Source: Trueperaceae bacterium
GTDB taxonomy: Bacteria > Deinococcota > Deinococci > Deinococcales > Trueperaceae
Length of the DNA: 54,211 nt
NCBI GenBank assembly: GCA_035703635.1
Contig: DASSXV010000015.1
Coordinates: 1 to 54,211, forward strand
Direction of reading: 5' to 3'
Of this stretch, positions 54,134 through 54,211 are shown piece after piece. Each line of letters begins with the position of its first letter. The stretch's first letter is position 1. The position numbers and the translations under genes are program-made. The notes under the pieces are model-generated. The model did no database searches. It was given only the letters and a program-made list of their open reading frames with translations, and was not told the origin of the DNA.

Positions 54134-54207
54134 TGGCCCATCGTCTAATGGCAGGACAGCGGATTCTGGTTCCGCCGGTCTAGGTTCGAGTCCTAGTGGG
54201 CCAGCCA
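54134..54207 (+). tRNA. tRNA-Gln(CTG)
   Basis: TGGCCCA...TGGGCCA-G-CCA, anticodon arm GCGGA-TTCTGGT-TCCGC. Confidence 0.97.
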
Positions 54208-54211
54208 AACG

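Overview
54 kb of GC-rich, mostly core chromosome from a Deinococcota bacterium, probably Truepera-like. The assignment is inferred from a Thermus PilF-type multi-MshEN PilB, a TTHA1809-like hydrolase and pervasive leaderless genes. About 55 CDS cover isoprenoid (ispH/D/E), Trp (trpBA), Leu/BCAA (leuCDB, ilvD) and folate (folPBK) synthesis, sucCD, carA, DNA repair (recN, UDG, tatD), type IV pilus motors (pilB, pilT) and envelope functions (lgt, glmU-like, wecA-like, wecB, rlpA, PASTA). There are three tRNAs: Ile-GAT, Ser-CGA and Gln-CTG. No CRISPR, integrase or transposase was seen. The main signals missed by the ORF track are: (1) two leaderless, Arg-rich attenuator-type leader peptides, a Trp-Trp peptide before trpBA with no intrinsic terminator and a Val-Leu-Leu peptide with a terminator before leuCDB, whose regions share three colinear 12-13 bp blocks; (2) three genes that appear to need a CTG start overlapping the upstream stop codon; (3) loss of metal-binding cysteines in a family-4 UDG, GluQ and a ROK kinase; (4) apparent pseudoenzymes (E2-like, PEP-synthase-like, Ser-less hydrolase) and a GlmU lacking its acetyltransferase part; (5) an uncalled 56-aa protein with a structured 5' UTR; (6) a compositionally distinct islet between tRNA-Ser and tRNA-Gln with a secreted collagen/tail-fibre-like protein and a lipoprotein that share a duplicated initiation region. 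All family calls come from motif recognition by eye; no database searches were run.
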